64,000 bases of DNA from the NCBI RefSeq assembly GCF_000181795.1, contig NW_003526945.1, positions 3,768,108-3,832,107 of the forward strand, written 5' to 3'. A model generated the notes under the pieces. The model made no database searches, was not told the origin of the DNA, and saw only the letters and a list, made by a program, of their open reading frames with translations. Both the position numbers and the translations under genes were made by a program. The DNA is from Trichinella spiralis (Eukaryota). Numbering within the stretch: position 1 is the first letter of the stretch; every line of letters begins with the position of its first letter. Below, one piece after another: positions 39,601-53,733 of the stretch.

Positions 39601-42600
39601 TTTGCAGAAGCAGTGTGCATTTGGACGAGTAGAAACTTCAAATTTTGGTCACAATTATTCTTCTGATCGTTTCAATAAATTGAAAAAGAAAAACTGAACA
39701 ACAATAATGATAATGCAATTGGCTGATCTTTACCTCCACATAGTGTTGTTAGTTGCATAGGATGAAATAATTTCAGCTCATATTGACATGAAGCAAGCAA
39801 AAATTGAGAAAATGAGCAACGAATGATTCACCCGGTTGGCTGTTATACAATTTGATATTGTTGCGACAAGTTGTGGCCAGCATCGTCAGCGGATGATTTC
39901 ACTTGTTTGCTTATGAATAATTTTTTCGCTTCCAATTGAGCAATTTGGAATGTTTGAATAATGGGCGAGCCGTCGCGCTGAACCGTGCCATGCCTACTCA
40001 CGGAGAAATTCAACACCGACCGAAAACGTTATCTAATCAGTGTTTTATTCATTTTTGTAATTTATCTTTTTTCACAGCCTGGCGAATTGATGTTTGTCGT
40101 CGCATTTTGGAATGGCAACTTGCTTTTGCATGGACCAATTTGCCATTTTCTAAAGTATCAGCATTGCTTGATCTTGTGATGTTGGTGGAATTTTCATTTT
40201 TAACTATTTGAAATTGAAAAAAGAAAGTCGAATCACTTTCGTAAATATTTTTCACTAGGTGAAATTACAAAAAGAACTGCGAAATGAAATGTTCCAAAGC
40301 TACAGTATGTGACGTTTAAGAAAAATAAAATCAAGGTCGTTGATTGTTGGCGCGACTGGTCGTTTATTTGTTGCGGGGGTGCTTTATTTGAAACCGTCCC
40401 TTGCGGAGCGATTTTGAAAATTTGCATTATACTGTTCAGTTGGTTGAACATTGCAGACGTTTCGACGGGTTGCTTTTCAGATTTGGAAATTTCGAATCTT
40501 GATCTGCCGTTCTTGTTGTTGACCGTGCTTGGATAGCCGTTTGTCATATGTAGACTTTTTTGTGACCAATTTTGGCCGACGTTTTTAATTTTCAAAAACT
40601 GCTGATAAAGCAGGTTTGCACGCAGGAAGAAGTGTGCGTATATCGACACCGCAGGCAACTGGTGAAGGCCGTTGAGAAGTAGTGGTTCAATAACTGGACT
40701 GCCAAGAAGAGGCAGACAAAGCAAAGAGTCCAGTAATAATGATAATGATAATTTTACAACAAAATATTCAAGCGAACTTTCTCGTCTTTCAGCAGCTCAA
40801 ACAGGCAAGTGGAATGTGGAATTCTTGAAATTTAGCTGTTTTTATGCTATTACTTGATTATCATTTTGTTTTTCATATATCATGAGGCGGTTTTCAAATT
40901 TCATTATTGCACACAGGAGAATAATTGGAAATTGTTCAGTCCGCGATTTGTCGTCAGCCGAGCGGCTTTTCCTCTTTTTACGTTCTATCTTGATCATTAA
41001 TCAGTTTTGTGACGTCATAGCTTTATTTTTCAGCTCTGTATCTGATGACAGCACGTCTGACAGGGCTGTTTTTTCTTCTTTTTGATTTTTGAAATAAGCA
41101 AGCTATTTATATTGATTCAGCGTTGATTTTGAAAGTTATTTATCTAAACATATATATATATATATATATATTTGCGTGTGTATATTTTTCTTACTCTCCA
41201 AAATTCAGCTTACTCTTCACTCTTCACTCAATTTCATGCGGCTGCAGATGTGTTGTTCTTGTTGTTCTGGCAAGATGGAGAGGCAAAAAGTAGATTTATC
41301 AGAAAATGTCAGAAATGACATTCGGCATGATCGTTCAGTGCTGTCTTTTCCATCTGAATAAGTTGTGCAAAAGAAGAAGCGTATGCAAAAGTGGAAGATT
41401 AGCTGTATAGTCGGCGGTCGGTGAAGGCTTGTTTCTCCTCTCCAATGACTATTGTACCAGAAATGTATTGGCTTCATGACGTTCGCCATTTTTGTAATTA
41501 ATTTTGCTCTGGAACGTGGGAAAGAGAAACAGTCTGTTGTTGATGATGAATAATTTATTGATATTTTATTTTTACATCCTGAGAAAAGGTTACTCTGTTT
41601 TATTATTACTTTTTTCCATTCATTCTTTTTTGGGGGAGATGGAGTGTTGAGAATGCTTTTGAATTTGTGCTTTTTTCTTCTTGTTTCTGTTCAAACTCAC
41701 TTTCACTTGTCCTTGCCGATGGGGAAGATCCTGCAGAGATTGAAATATGACGAAATTGTCCTGATGCTTGCTGATCAAAGAGAGAGAGAGAGAGTGAGAG
41801 ATGTATTGTTTAATGATCTGTGAAAGGGGGATACAAAGTAATAAGAAGAAATTGCTTTGTCTGTCGCAAGAAGTGATGAATTTTAATTGAAATTTATCGG
41901 TCCACAGAAAATCCTCTACAACTATATAGGGGTATTGTATTTGCTTATTCAGTTTGATCGTTTGGATGGAAATTTTCAACTATTGGAGTTACCCAGCTTT
42001 CGTTCTCATTTCACAACCGATACAACAGCAGTTTCTTCTCGATTTGCCAGCTTTTGGAATTACCGTCGGATTAGTCATCCGATGCAGTGGAAGAAGAATT
42101 GTTCATCTTTTTGTTTTTTTCTTATTTTCAAATTATGCTCAACTTTGAGGTTCATTGATTTTTTTTGCTTTCTTTCAACTGTCTGTCTGTCTGTCTGTCT
42201 GTCTGCATGGAGAAAATCAGGTATCTCGCGATTGGAATGAGTGAACTTCCTCGACACTGTTCTCACATAATAATAATAATGATCGCCTCTCGTCAACTCA
42301 AGATTGATCGCTTGGGAAAAAATTTAAAAAAAAAGAGAAAAAGTGTATTATAATCAATTTGAATTATCAGATGCAAAACGAGCAAGTTGTTGTTTTTTGC
42401 TTTATCTAGAAGAGAGTTTTAATTTCAATTTTTAGGAATATTTTTTTTTCACTCTGTGCTCTTCATTTTCCCCATCTTCACCATTATTGCTAATTAACGG
42501 GTTCTGATAGTGTCACGCTTGGTTGTTTTGCAATTGATTTGTTTTCACTTTTCAATGGGTTTTATTCTTCTTCTTTTTTCTCTTCTTTAAAATTCATTCA

Positions 42601-44891
42601 GATATTGAAATATGAATTTCGATGAGTGAGAAGCACAATTGTAGGTTGACATTTGATTTCAATAATAATAACTTTGTGAAAGGAGAAGTTTCTTATGGCA
42701 AAATGATGAACTTTTTTCCTTGAGCCTGACAATGCTATCCTGAATAATAATGATAACGACATAAAATTTATTATTTATTGTTAATATTACAAGAAGAAGT
42801 TGTATTTGTGGAATTTATTCAAACTGATCAATCTATTTTGCTGTTATTCAAAAAAAGCTAGCCTTCAGTTTTTCAACCGTCTGTTGCGTACGTCAATTGC
42901 CCGCCGTGGTGAAGTGAATAAAAAATATAGACGTGCTTCTTCTTGATTTTACTCATTTTCAGCAGGCTTTTCGGTCATTTTATGCAAAGTTTACTGTCCA
43001 TTCATTCTCTCTTTGATCACTGTTCGCATATGGTAGATTTTTATTATTATTCATCAGTCAGTAATTTTCGTTGGATGAAATTTTCAATTTCTCTCAGAAA
43101 TCATTAAACAAAGCATAAATATTATTGTTTGCATATATACTATTTTTTACACATGTTGTGTTAATTGAGATTCTGTTTTTATTATTTCAATTAACAAAAT
43201 GATACGGATATCAAAGTGAACTGGCGGTGGCGATAATGGTACATGTTTGTATGTATAATAATTGTTTTAAAGGTGAATCAGAAAAATTGAAGCTAATCAA
43301 GGTTTCAGCTTTCGCTTTCTCTTGAGATTGGACAAATTAGATTGTCCTGATTTGTAGTTTAATTGATTACGTGGCCGTGAGCATTACCAACGGTGGGCGT
43401 GGGATGTGGCGGAGGAGGAGGAGGTGGAGGCACTCACTGTAGCTGCTATAGGCAAGCTCAGCTTCAGTACACTGTTGGATCGGTTGCCAGGAGCTTTCGA
43501 GCTTTGACAACGAACGTGGTGCAAATTCCATTTTTAAATACAAGCCAAGATTTTCTAGTTTATACTCATTTATACTCATTTGCTTAATCCTTATAAAAGA
43601 AGAATGATGATGATGATTCATTTGAAAATGATCAATTCTGATGATTGTCATTCGATTGATCAGATAGATTTTGCTGCTTTTCGATCATCAAGTAGTTGTG
43701 AATATTATTATTCTTGCACCATATAATTGGTGCAAGAATAATAAAATGTGCGAAAGAGAAGAGAATAAATAATAATATATTAATAGAAAGGGCAGTTTAT
43801 TGTTTTTAGTGTCGTCATCAATTGAAACAATGCTTGATCTGTTGTGCATTGCGTATGGTCACTTGTTTGAATTCAACTTCTGCTGCTAATTACCATCAGA
43901 AAGAGAGAGAGGGAATGATGACCATGGTTTTACAGCTTCCAGACGTCTGAAAAAGTTGAGCTAATTTTCCTTGTTTTGTTTTTTTCTTGCTCTTCCATTC
44001 GTGCTCTGATCAAAGTGATTAGATGCTATTTTTTCGAAGACGGCATTTTCTGGACGATCGATCGACTTCTTCTGTTTTCTTTCTTTATTTATTTGCATTG
44101 ATGTTGATTTTATGCAGAATAAAAGAAAGTAAGCAAAAGATTTTTAAAAAAGAGAGAAAGGAAGAGTAAGAGATGGACTGCTTTCTGCTTTCGAGATGGT
44201 GAATTCCATTTTATAAGTGGATGTGTTGTTTGTTTGTTTGTTTGTAGTATGCTTTTATTTATTGGTTGTCATATTTGCTTCAGATTTGCATTCGGATTTC
44301 AGAGTGACAGGTTTGCATCATCATCATTATCATCAATTCGGTTTATTTATTGTAAAGATGTGAATCATGCATGCATGATGTTTATTGTTTCTGACCTTGC
44401 GGGCTGATCATAAAATCACCTCCTGTTGAATGAAAAAAGCTTGCTTTGCTTGACATTCATTATTCATCAGTTGTTCGTAATTATATCTGTTTTTATTGTA
44501 ATTTCAAAAACATTCCTGCATCATTTGCTTTGATAGTATGCGTTCTATTTTCTTTGTTGTGTGTAAATGTACAACTTATTTTTTCCATCCTCCCCCTCCC
44601 CCTCCTTATAATTATCATCGTCGTCGTCGTTGTCGTCTTTTTGTTAAATTAGTCAGTTCTTCTACTTTTTATTAATTAATTATAATCAAAACGACGAGCT
44701 TTTGCTTAACGAGCATTTTTATAATTGTCTACAATTGTATTTCAGTATATCATTGATCAATATTTACCAAATTGTCTGCTAGCCGGACATGACTTATTGT
44801 TAGCAAACAGTGTTGAGCCACAACCATTTTTTAAACAAAACCAACGTGGATGTCGGAAAAATATGTACTAATTAAAATAAAATTTTCATTA

Positions 44892-44926
<35 letters not shown>

Positions 44927-45580
44927 GTATATATGTGCATATATATATATATATATATACATATGTGTGTGTGTGTCTGTGTGTGTGGATAATAAATGTC
45001 AAGGGAGAATTTGCACAGTCGAGAGTGCAGATGCTGCAAATATAGAATGCAAAACTTGTCCAATGGTTTTATATAGCTTTGTTAGTTGTTGTTGTTGTTG
45101 TTGTTCTGCTCAACGTGTGATCGGAACAATTTTTCTCCATCCGTAGTGTTTGAATTGTTTATTCATATCAGCAAATATGAGAATTTTATATTCTTTTACT
45201 AATGCAATCTAATGCACACAAACACACACATTATTGGACAACAACAGAAGAAAAAACAAGAAAAGCCAGCGAAAGCACATTTGATCCGATGCGATCCGAT
45301 CCAAAGGGTACACGCAGTCGTAAAAACAAGGAGGGCGTGGTTGTTGGATTTGTCTTTTTATATCGCGATCGTTGTGTTCGAATTTCAGTTCTGTTTTATC
45401 ATTTGATTATTTTCTTCGATTTCAGACTGCTGTGCTGTGCTGGGCTGCGCTGCACTCACTGCCTGATGGCCACTTGTGCTTTGTGAGCAACGCTTTTTGC
45501 AATTGATAATATTATTATCCATCTCATTCACTGTTCAATTTGTTATCATTGCCGAACACGGTCGAGAAGCATTTTGCATA

Positions 45581-46663
45581 ATGGCGTCGTCGACCGACGA
45601 TCTTTCCTCGACTGAGCAATGCGTAAGTTTCCAATGGCAACTTTACAAGTTGAGATGAAAAAATACTATTTTTTTCTTTTAATTAAATTCTTCTGTACCC
45701 ATTTTTAGAGATGTGCAATTTTGAATTTGTTCAATTTTTTCAGGGCAAAGACAATAATGCACCACCGGTTGACGAGAGTGATCCGAGTGAAAAAATGAAA
45801 AGAAGCTCATCGCAGGACAGTGTCTGTAGTTCATCGGACAATTGTTGTCCCATATGTCCGGCCTGTGGTCATCGTTTGTCTGCGAACGACATAGCCGGAC
45901 TTGGCAAGCATTTTTTCGGACAGCAACAGGAGAAGAAAGTGTCCCAACCGGCGGACGAGAATCTGAATATTGTCGACTCATCTCCACAAGGTTCAGTGTT
46001 GTTGTTGTTGTTGTTGTTGTTGTATGAGCAGTGTATTGAATTGTGGATTTTTTTCCAGCTACGGTGCAGCAGTTGGGGGAAACAAGGATCGCCTCTAGTC
46101 CAGTGAAGAAGTCATTTCCACATCGATGGCCCGGCGAATACCGCTCATACGTGGTTCCACCGCCGAATCGTACGGTTTACGATGCCCCGGATGCGGAACT
46201 GTGCCTGCCACAAGACTACTACTATGACTACGACTACGACTACGACGAACCGTGCCGAAACGTGAAGAGCAACGGCTTTTGCAATCCATTTGCCAAAATT
46301 GCATTCTCCGCTCGTCATGCTGACAAGGCTGCATCTGGCAGAGTTGGCAATGTCAAGCAAGAACAAAATCGCCACGTGTTAGCCGCCGGCAGTTCCAGCA
46401 ACTCGGTCCAGTGCTGCAAAGCCGCGAGGGGCTGCGGTAGCTTGGTCGACGATGGACTTTTTCCCCCGGATCACAATGGTCATCTTCTGCACGACAGCAG
46501 CCTTTGGGACGAAACTGGCGCCACGTCCTCGTGCTCTGCCACGACTGCAGTGTGCCAGAAATCAACCGACAGTAACAGGTCTTGGAATTTTGGAATGCCG
46601 CACTTTTTCCACAAAGTCCTCGGCATTGGTAAGAGTGAACGCAAAAATGGTAACAAAAGTTGA
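45581..46663 (+). CDS. Hypothetical orphan protein, Ser/Cys-rich with a DYYYDYDYDYDE tract (~297 aa, exons 45581-45622, 45744-45990, 46059-46663)
   Basis: GC-rich coding-like exons are joined in phase by GT-AG introns. No domain was recognised. A GTAAGA at ~46629 means the 3' end could splice further. Confidence 0.65.
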
Positions 46664-47728
46664 ACACTCTACACACGTATATCTTATTCATTATTATTCT
46701 GCATAATCCATTCAACAATATGACACACACACACACGTATATATATATATATCCAGTTCCAAATAATCTACATCATTTGCATAATCATCGTTATCATCAT
46801 TAACACTTACCACAGTATTACAAATGACTGTTATTGTCAAGCAAAACTTTCGAGAACAAAATTGGAAAAGAAAACAAAAAATGCAGCATCTGTTTTCTTT
46901 CCCAATATGGTAGACAAAGACGCCTTTTCGTATATGCTGTGCAAATATATCGTGGTATCCATCTCTTCTTCTTCTTCTTCGTCTTCTTTATTATTATTAT
47001 TATTATTTATTTATTTATGAGTTTATTTAGCCTGAAAAAAGTGCACTATTGTATTGCATGCATTTCTTATAATTTGACAAATTTTGTTTTCAATTATCTT
47101 TGCATATATCGCTCAATATTTCATCGTTCAGAAATTATTTATATATACAATTTGACAGAGAAGAGAATAAATGTGAAATGAAAGCAAATAAGTAAAAATA
47201 CATACATATATATATATAATATGATTGGATTAATAATAATAATAATTGTTATCATAAATAAGAAAAACATATAGATGTGAAACAAAAAAGTTCCTGTGAA
47301 TAATTAACCAATAATATATAAATAATACCTGATTTTTTAAATTAAAATGTTGATTTTCAAATCGCAAATTTTATTTATTTGCATTGATTTGAAAATAACA
47401 AACAGAGGCGGCGGTACAGGTAAATACTGTCTGTTCTTTGCGCATCACGGTATTGTTTTCTGCTTTTTCAATTGGCATTTACATACATCACAAGTTCTGC
47501 AGTTTTTTGTTTCGTTTTTCAATTTTAAAAAATAAGCAATTTTAATTTTCTACGTTGAAAAACAAAACCTCTGAAGAAAGTGCAAAAATTAAGCTGAAAC
47601 GAGGTGATGACGTTGCAATCGGCTTATGAAAGTCAATTGATAAAGGCAGTGTATAAAAATTTAAATAAACGCGTGCCTGTTGCAAGTTGTTTGCTTCTAA
47701 TGAAAGCAATTCCTATTAATAACTATCC

Positions 47729-47839
47729 TTTCTTTCTCTCTCCTTCTCTCTCTCTCTCTTTCTCTCTTTCTCTTTCTCTGTCTCTCTCTCTCTCTCTCTC
47801 TTTCCCCCTCTCCCTCTTTATCTTTCCCCCTCTATCTCT
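47729..47839. repeat. (CT)n-rich polypyrimidine microsatellite directly downstream of the colmedin stop codon
   Basis: About 110 nt of almost exclusively C/T on the + strand. Confidence 0.95.
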
Positions 47840-49868
47840 TCAGGCACGCCAGTAAATTTCTCCTGGAACCGTCAGCAAATAGCCGTAATCGAATACGTAA
47901 ATTTTCTTATCCGACGGATTGTAGGCAATCATATTGCTGCTTTGGTACAAATTTACCCAGGGTATATCAATTTTGGTAAGCTTGTTTCGATACAAGTCGT
48001 ATTTTACCGAAACATTGCTGTTCAATTCAGTATTGCTTTGAATGCAATACAGTGAACCACAAATGACAAAACAGTCGGCAATTTCAGACCTGTCCAATTC
48101 AGTGATTTCCCACGTTTGTAAAATTGCCAAATCTCGCATGTCCACATGACTGACTACGGGATATTGCTTATTCCAATAGCGGTATACGACCCAAAGTCCA
48201 TTTTCATCAATTGCGAAATCAAAATAATTGTAAGGAACTTTGTACAGATAATGGTCATATTTGTAAGCAACTTTGGCGATGGCTTTTTCCTTGTACTCTC
48301 CGGTGTAAATGTCGTATTTGGCAATTTTCGGCGTTCCGGCCCGTTGATAAAACAAGCTTCCATTATAAATGACGTGTCCAGTGCCGTCGTACATGTACGG
48401 CAAATCGATAATTCTGGACACCTTCTCTCGGCGCAGGTCGGCTTCATTTTCAAACTCGTACAACGAATTTCCATAAAAATGTTGCGTCAACCAGCGCTTT
48501 TTGAAATCCTCATACCTCCTGGGAAACGGATCCTTCATCCAAGCACCGTAATACGTCTTTGCGTGGGCGTGAAAAATTGGTTTTCCAAATCGTTGCAAAG
48601 CACAGTCTGAAGAAATTCGAACATGGTCAATAAATGTGCATTTATTTCTTTTATACAAATAATGGCCAAAAAAACAACGAAAAACAAAGAAAAGACACAC
48701 TCACGTGCAACCGCATCTTTCACATCAACAGGCACTTCTTCTTCGGTTCTTTCAACTGGAGTTGTTGCAGTAGTTGAGGATGGTGTGGTAACGTCCGTGA
48801 CGACAACTTCTAAATTCAATAATAAAAATTTGCATATTATAATTTATCGATCAATTTGCCTCGTTTTCGATTCGACTACCTTGAATGCAGTTCAAGATAC
48901 ACTGACTCAATCGACTGTTATCTTGTTCTGATGCGGAAAGGAAATTTCCGATCGATTCCAAAGCTTCGGCCCCGGTTAAATATTGAAAAGGAAAAAGTCT
49001 CGGCAAATGAGAGCCATTTTGTGTACTCAACGAACAGTTGTCGTACAAGGAAAATTCACAAGTAGAACAGTTGGCTAGAGATGCAGAAAATTTGGATTTT
49101 CTTTTCCGGGTGAATAATTATCATTGAAAGAACAATTACGTACCGTCTTTTCCATCAATTCCAGGTTCTCCTGGCATTCCCTTGGGTCCTTAACATAACA
49201 ATTGAATACATATACATATGTATATATATATGCATATATGACGTTGAACGTTTACAAAGAAATCACCTCTTTCTCCGGGTGGTCCTGTTGGACCTCTGTC
49301 ACCAGGCATTCCTCTTCGTCCTTGGGGTCCACGAGGTCCCGGTAAACCTACGATTCAATGAAAAATTGTACAACAACATCAAAAATTTTTCAATGTTTGA
49401 ATTTTGTTTTGTTTTGCTTTTGTTTTTTGACTCGAGCAACCTTGAGCGCCTTGTTCCAAATCATTCATCTCGGCACAGTACTCGTGCACGGCCATGCATT
49501 GTTCAATGAATGCATCTTTTGCCCAGTGGAACCGAAGCTGCAAAATCAGAACCCAAATTGGCCGTTGTTCATTTCACACGATTTAAAAGAAAAATAGAAG
49601 AGATACTCACATTTTCGTCCCTTTTGGCCCGGCTCGGCAAACTGGCAACAGGACCAGGCGCACTTTCTTGTTGTCCATTTGTCACGGGTGGACAGTTGGG
49701 AAATTGCTGTTCAGCTTCCAGCTGTCTCTTGACTGAGGACACGTCCTGCTGAAGTTGACGAAGGTGAAACCGATTTGATATGTAAATCAGCGCTGGCAAC
49801 AACACTGCCAACAGTTGAAGCCACAGCCACGGGGCTTTCAGGTGGCGACGGAGATGGATGAACAACAT
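47840..49868 (-). CDS. Colmedin (type II TM + collagen + olfactomedin; UNC-122/COF-2/gliomedin-like), 515 aa, 7 exons: 49868-49611, 49537-49441, 49347-49267, 49188-49144, 49074-48880, 48809-48705, 48606-47840
   Basis: N-terminal TM (WLWLQLLAVLLPALIYI), furin site RAKR, CMAVHEYC motif, 15 Gly-X-Y triplets, a Thr-rich linker, then an olfactomedin domain (GAWMKDP, DGTGHVIYNGSLFY, FDFAIDENGLWVVY, FVICGSLY, MIAYNPSDKKIYVFDYG). Confidence 0.93.
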
Positions 49869-50750
49869 CCCACTAGCCCCACGGGTGCTTCAAATCGACA
49901 TTCCGTTCCAATGCACCAATTCCGCCAGTGTAGCCTGAGCTGGTTTCAAAAGCAAACAAGCACGAACGTCTCCGCCAGGCAGCAGCAGCAACAGCAGCCG
50001 GTTAGCTGAGCCGTCCCGCATTCGTGCACAAATATTTGCATATGGACGAGATGCAGACGAGTCGAGAACGGTGGCATTTTTGTCTTTTCTTTCCAGTTTG
50101 CAGCAATGCGAACAGAAATTCTTCCCACAGCGAACTTTTCAAATTTTACACTTTTAATTTTTTTTCTTTGTTTTTGTTCAAAAATGCTTCGCAAATTTGA
50201 TAAAGTGCATTCGCACAGTTTGAGCTACGAATTTGACAGCTTTTTCACAATACAAATTCAAAAAAATGCTTCTTTCCACTTTTACGTAAATTAAAAAAAA
50301 ATGAATATTTTAATTGAACAGCTTTTAATTTTCTGGTTTTTTTTTCACAGCCGGCGGATGAAATAATTTTCCTAGCTAGCGCAAGCACTACGTGAGAAAA
50401 ATATTTTCTTAAAAAATCAAATATTTGAACAGAAAAACAATCACACACATTCCATTGTGCTTATGTATACAACAAGAATGCATTCGCCGCCGTCAGATGA
50501 GCAGAAAGAAAATTCTAGACGACAAAATTGCATAGGCTATACGAAAAGCAAACAATGACTGACGACTAATGAGAGAAATTCAACGATATAAATATGCAAA
50601 TTATTGTGCATTATCAGAAAATGCCCACCGAATTGGGGAAAGAGATAGACGGAAAAGATCGTGAAAATTGTTCGCTAAGCAAAATATATTACCTTCCTTC
50701 GTTTAGCCGGTTGTTTGTAAAGAAGGATGAATTAATAAAACTGAGCACTT

Positions 50751-51810
50751 TTATTTGTACATTGAATCGCCAGTGCATAGCATGACGTAGGTTTGCTCTT
50801 TTTCAGCTTTGCCTCTTGAATTCGTAGCCACAACTTTGTAAATACCTTGATCGCTGTTATTTGGATTCTGAAAAAAAAATCGTGCATTATTTGTTCATTC
50901 TTGTCGAAACTATTTGATGCAAATTTTATTAAAGTTTAAAATTCTCTTTGGCAAACAGTTCGAAGCAATGATTGCAGAATTGTTTAGATGCTAAATGAAA
51001 ATTTTGCATTAATTTTCTTTCAGAGTGTTGCTAAAATTTTTCACGTTATAGCAAAGCTATTATTTCTGACAAGTCAAAAGCATGGAATTTCAAAATGACA
51101 AAAACATTGATAATTATCATAACACGCTTTTCGACTAAAAGATGAACTTGATTACTATAATGGTGAAGTAAATTCGACAATTATCATTTAACATTTAACA
51201 GTCAGGAATTATCAGTTTCAATACATGCTGACTTACGCAAATTTATTTGCGTAGCTTAAATCTCTTCAACACACACTAGGTGGAATATTTGTCGACAAAT
51301 GTTGTTACTGATTTAGAAATAGAAGACGATTCCTCATATAATATTCCATTCAAAAGTATGCTTGAAATCCAAACTTATATAACAATTGCTATTTTTCAAA
51401 ATTAATTTTCAAGTCATAAAATAATGCACACAATAAAACGTAATAATATATTACAACTTTGCCGACTGGCGTTGGTTTGATAAAGATTTTTAATGTATCT
51501 ATGCTTATATATATACCGCAAAATTGTTCAAACGTTTTTAAAAGAAAAATATAAATAAACAGCTTCATTGGATCGAATTTTGCTTATAAAGAACAAACAG
51601 CATAAAGCGTACCTTTATTTGAAGAGTGCACGCATACTTTCCAACCATTTTCCTTTTCTTAATTACATATCGGTCATTGTTTGTCAATTCTTGATCTTTG
51701 AAATACCATTTCACTTCTGGATCAGGATTCGCAGAAACCATACATTCAAAAAGAACAGATCCGTCAGGCTTGTTCAATATGCTAGGTGCTTGTTCAATGT
51801 AAGGGTCCAT
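50751..51810 (-). CDS. Single immunoglobulin I-set domain protein (104 aa, exons 51810-51613, 50867-50751)
   Basis: MDPYIEQAPSILNKPDGSVLFECMVSANPDPEVKWYFKD...YACTLQIK|NPNNSDQGIYKVVATNSRG carries the I-set hallmarks (C-strand W, L.I, DxGxY, N..G). Phase-0 GT-AG intron 51612-50868. Confidence 0.85.
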
Positions 51811-53733
51811 ATTATCAGTTGAATTGTGGGAGAATTTCGAAAGTTGAAAAGACGTGCAGTGCAATATCCGAACTCCGATAAATAGATAGATATATATATA
51901 TATATATATATATGAAATGTGTGCTTTTCAGAAGAAGTGGAAGCAATAAACGTGAAAGCAGTAAGCAGCAGAAATTAAAGAAGCGAAAAGCATGCTTGTT
52001 TGCCAGTCTTCACGCAGCTGTGCGTTGGGGCTTTTTCTCTTGTCACTTTATTTCCGCTTGTGATTAGAAACAAGATGATCATTACTTCTTGCCGGCCAGC
52101 TAGAATTGCTGTTTGTGACTGCAACAGCTTTCCATTATTCTTATCATTGGCGTCATAATTCAAAAGCCCAGTTGTCGTTTAATTGGCTTGACGTAAGCTA
52201 GAATTATTTCAAACAACAACAACAGCAACTAATCCAATAAAAAAAAGCATCGAAATTGTGGCCAAAATTGTTTTCTTCTTCTCTTCTCTCAAACTGATAC
52301 GTCAATGTTAGTTTTTATAAATGATGATTTTAGCATTTTTAGTTTGAAAAACAAAAATTTTTTACATTCTTTAAAAAGAGTTAATACAATTAAACAAAAA
52401 CTAAGAAAATGCAGCTTAAAAACCAAGCTAAACAATATAAAGCTAACATCATCATTATCACAATCCGTCGGCAGATTGTAAAGCAATAAAATAGAAAAAT
52501 TTTTCAAGAACAAGCTAAAGCTGCATTTTCTATTTCTATTTTTATATGTTGCTTAATCATGATGGAAACTGCTTGCTCATTAATAGTTGAAATCTTACTG
52601 CAACGCAACTAAGTGGCTATTAACGAAACTTATTAGCCGATTCATGAATAAGCAAACATTCATATGATAGCTGTGCAAAGAGCAATGTTTGGACATTTGA
52701 AATTTATCTTATTTACTTTAGGTACTCACAAAAGTTGTTCTCTGCTCAAATAATTTCAAATATTTGAAGCTGTTGACATGAATAACACTGCTACAATTGC
52801 ATCTATTCTTTGTAGCTGTTTTTAAAGTTCTACCAAACGAAATAAATTGAAATGAAGATGATCATAACAATTTATCAAAAGTACAAGCTGGAAAAAATAT
52901 TACAGTCACTTTTATAGCATACCCACCTGTGTTTATATTCATACAAAGTTGTAGAAAAGTTTTACATTTTAAACAACCGTAATCTATGCAACGATTTACT
53001 GCTTATTTAGCTGAATATTGCATTCAGCTAGCAATTAATTCACTGCACTTATTATGAATGACCATTTTGAAATATCACGCCAGATTTCATTATTAAATTA
53101 ATATTTTAAACCGACAACAATGGCTGGTATTACTTCTGAATCAATTCTGATGAGTAGCTTATTCAATTAATATGATAAATATTGGTGTTCCACATGAAAA
53201 ACATTTCCTATTATGCTATTCAGTGGACGCATTCATCCGATGAACAATTTTCATTTCTGTTCATTTCAAGGTGTGTACATCCCGTGGAGAAGCAAACATG
53301 AAGGTAGCACGTCATTTGATTTACTTGAAGCTACCACCATCAAAAATCATGCTTTCAAAACACAATAATAATAATAATAACAATAAAGCAATATATAATA
53401 GAATATAATGAAATACCATATTATATTACATTATATTATATTGTTATATTGCATTACATTACATTACATTACATTATACTATATTATACATATGGCATTA
53501 TAAAAGAAAAAAAGTATAATAAAAATGATACAATAGAAGATAATTTTTAAATTCGAAAATGTTCTATCATTCCAAGCGCAGTATAAATAATAAACTGAAA
53601 CATGCATCAAGCCACCAGCTACATATTTATAATTATGGAATGTATACAGTGGACTTCGATAAATGGGAAGGAAATGCGTTTTGTTTGCTGACAATCTATG
53701 TATGTTGAACAATTATTTTGCCTACTTGGGTGA

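Noticed and set aside
40233..40724. 163-aa minus-strand ORF
   Set aside because: Non-ATG start, no recognisable domain and no convincing splice context.
48146..48610. 154-aa plus-strand ORF over the olfactomedin exon
   Set aside because: Antisense shadow of the colmedin gene.
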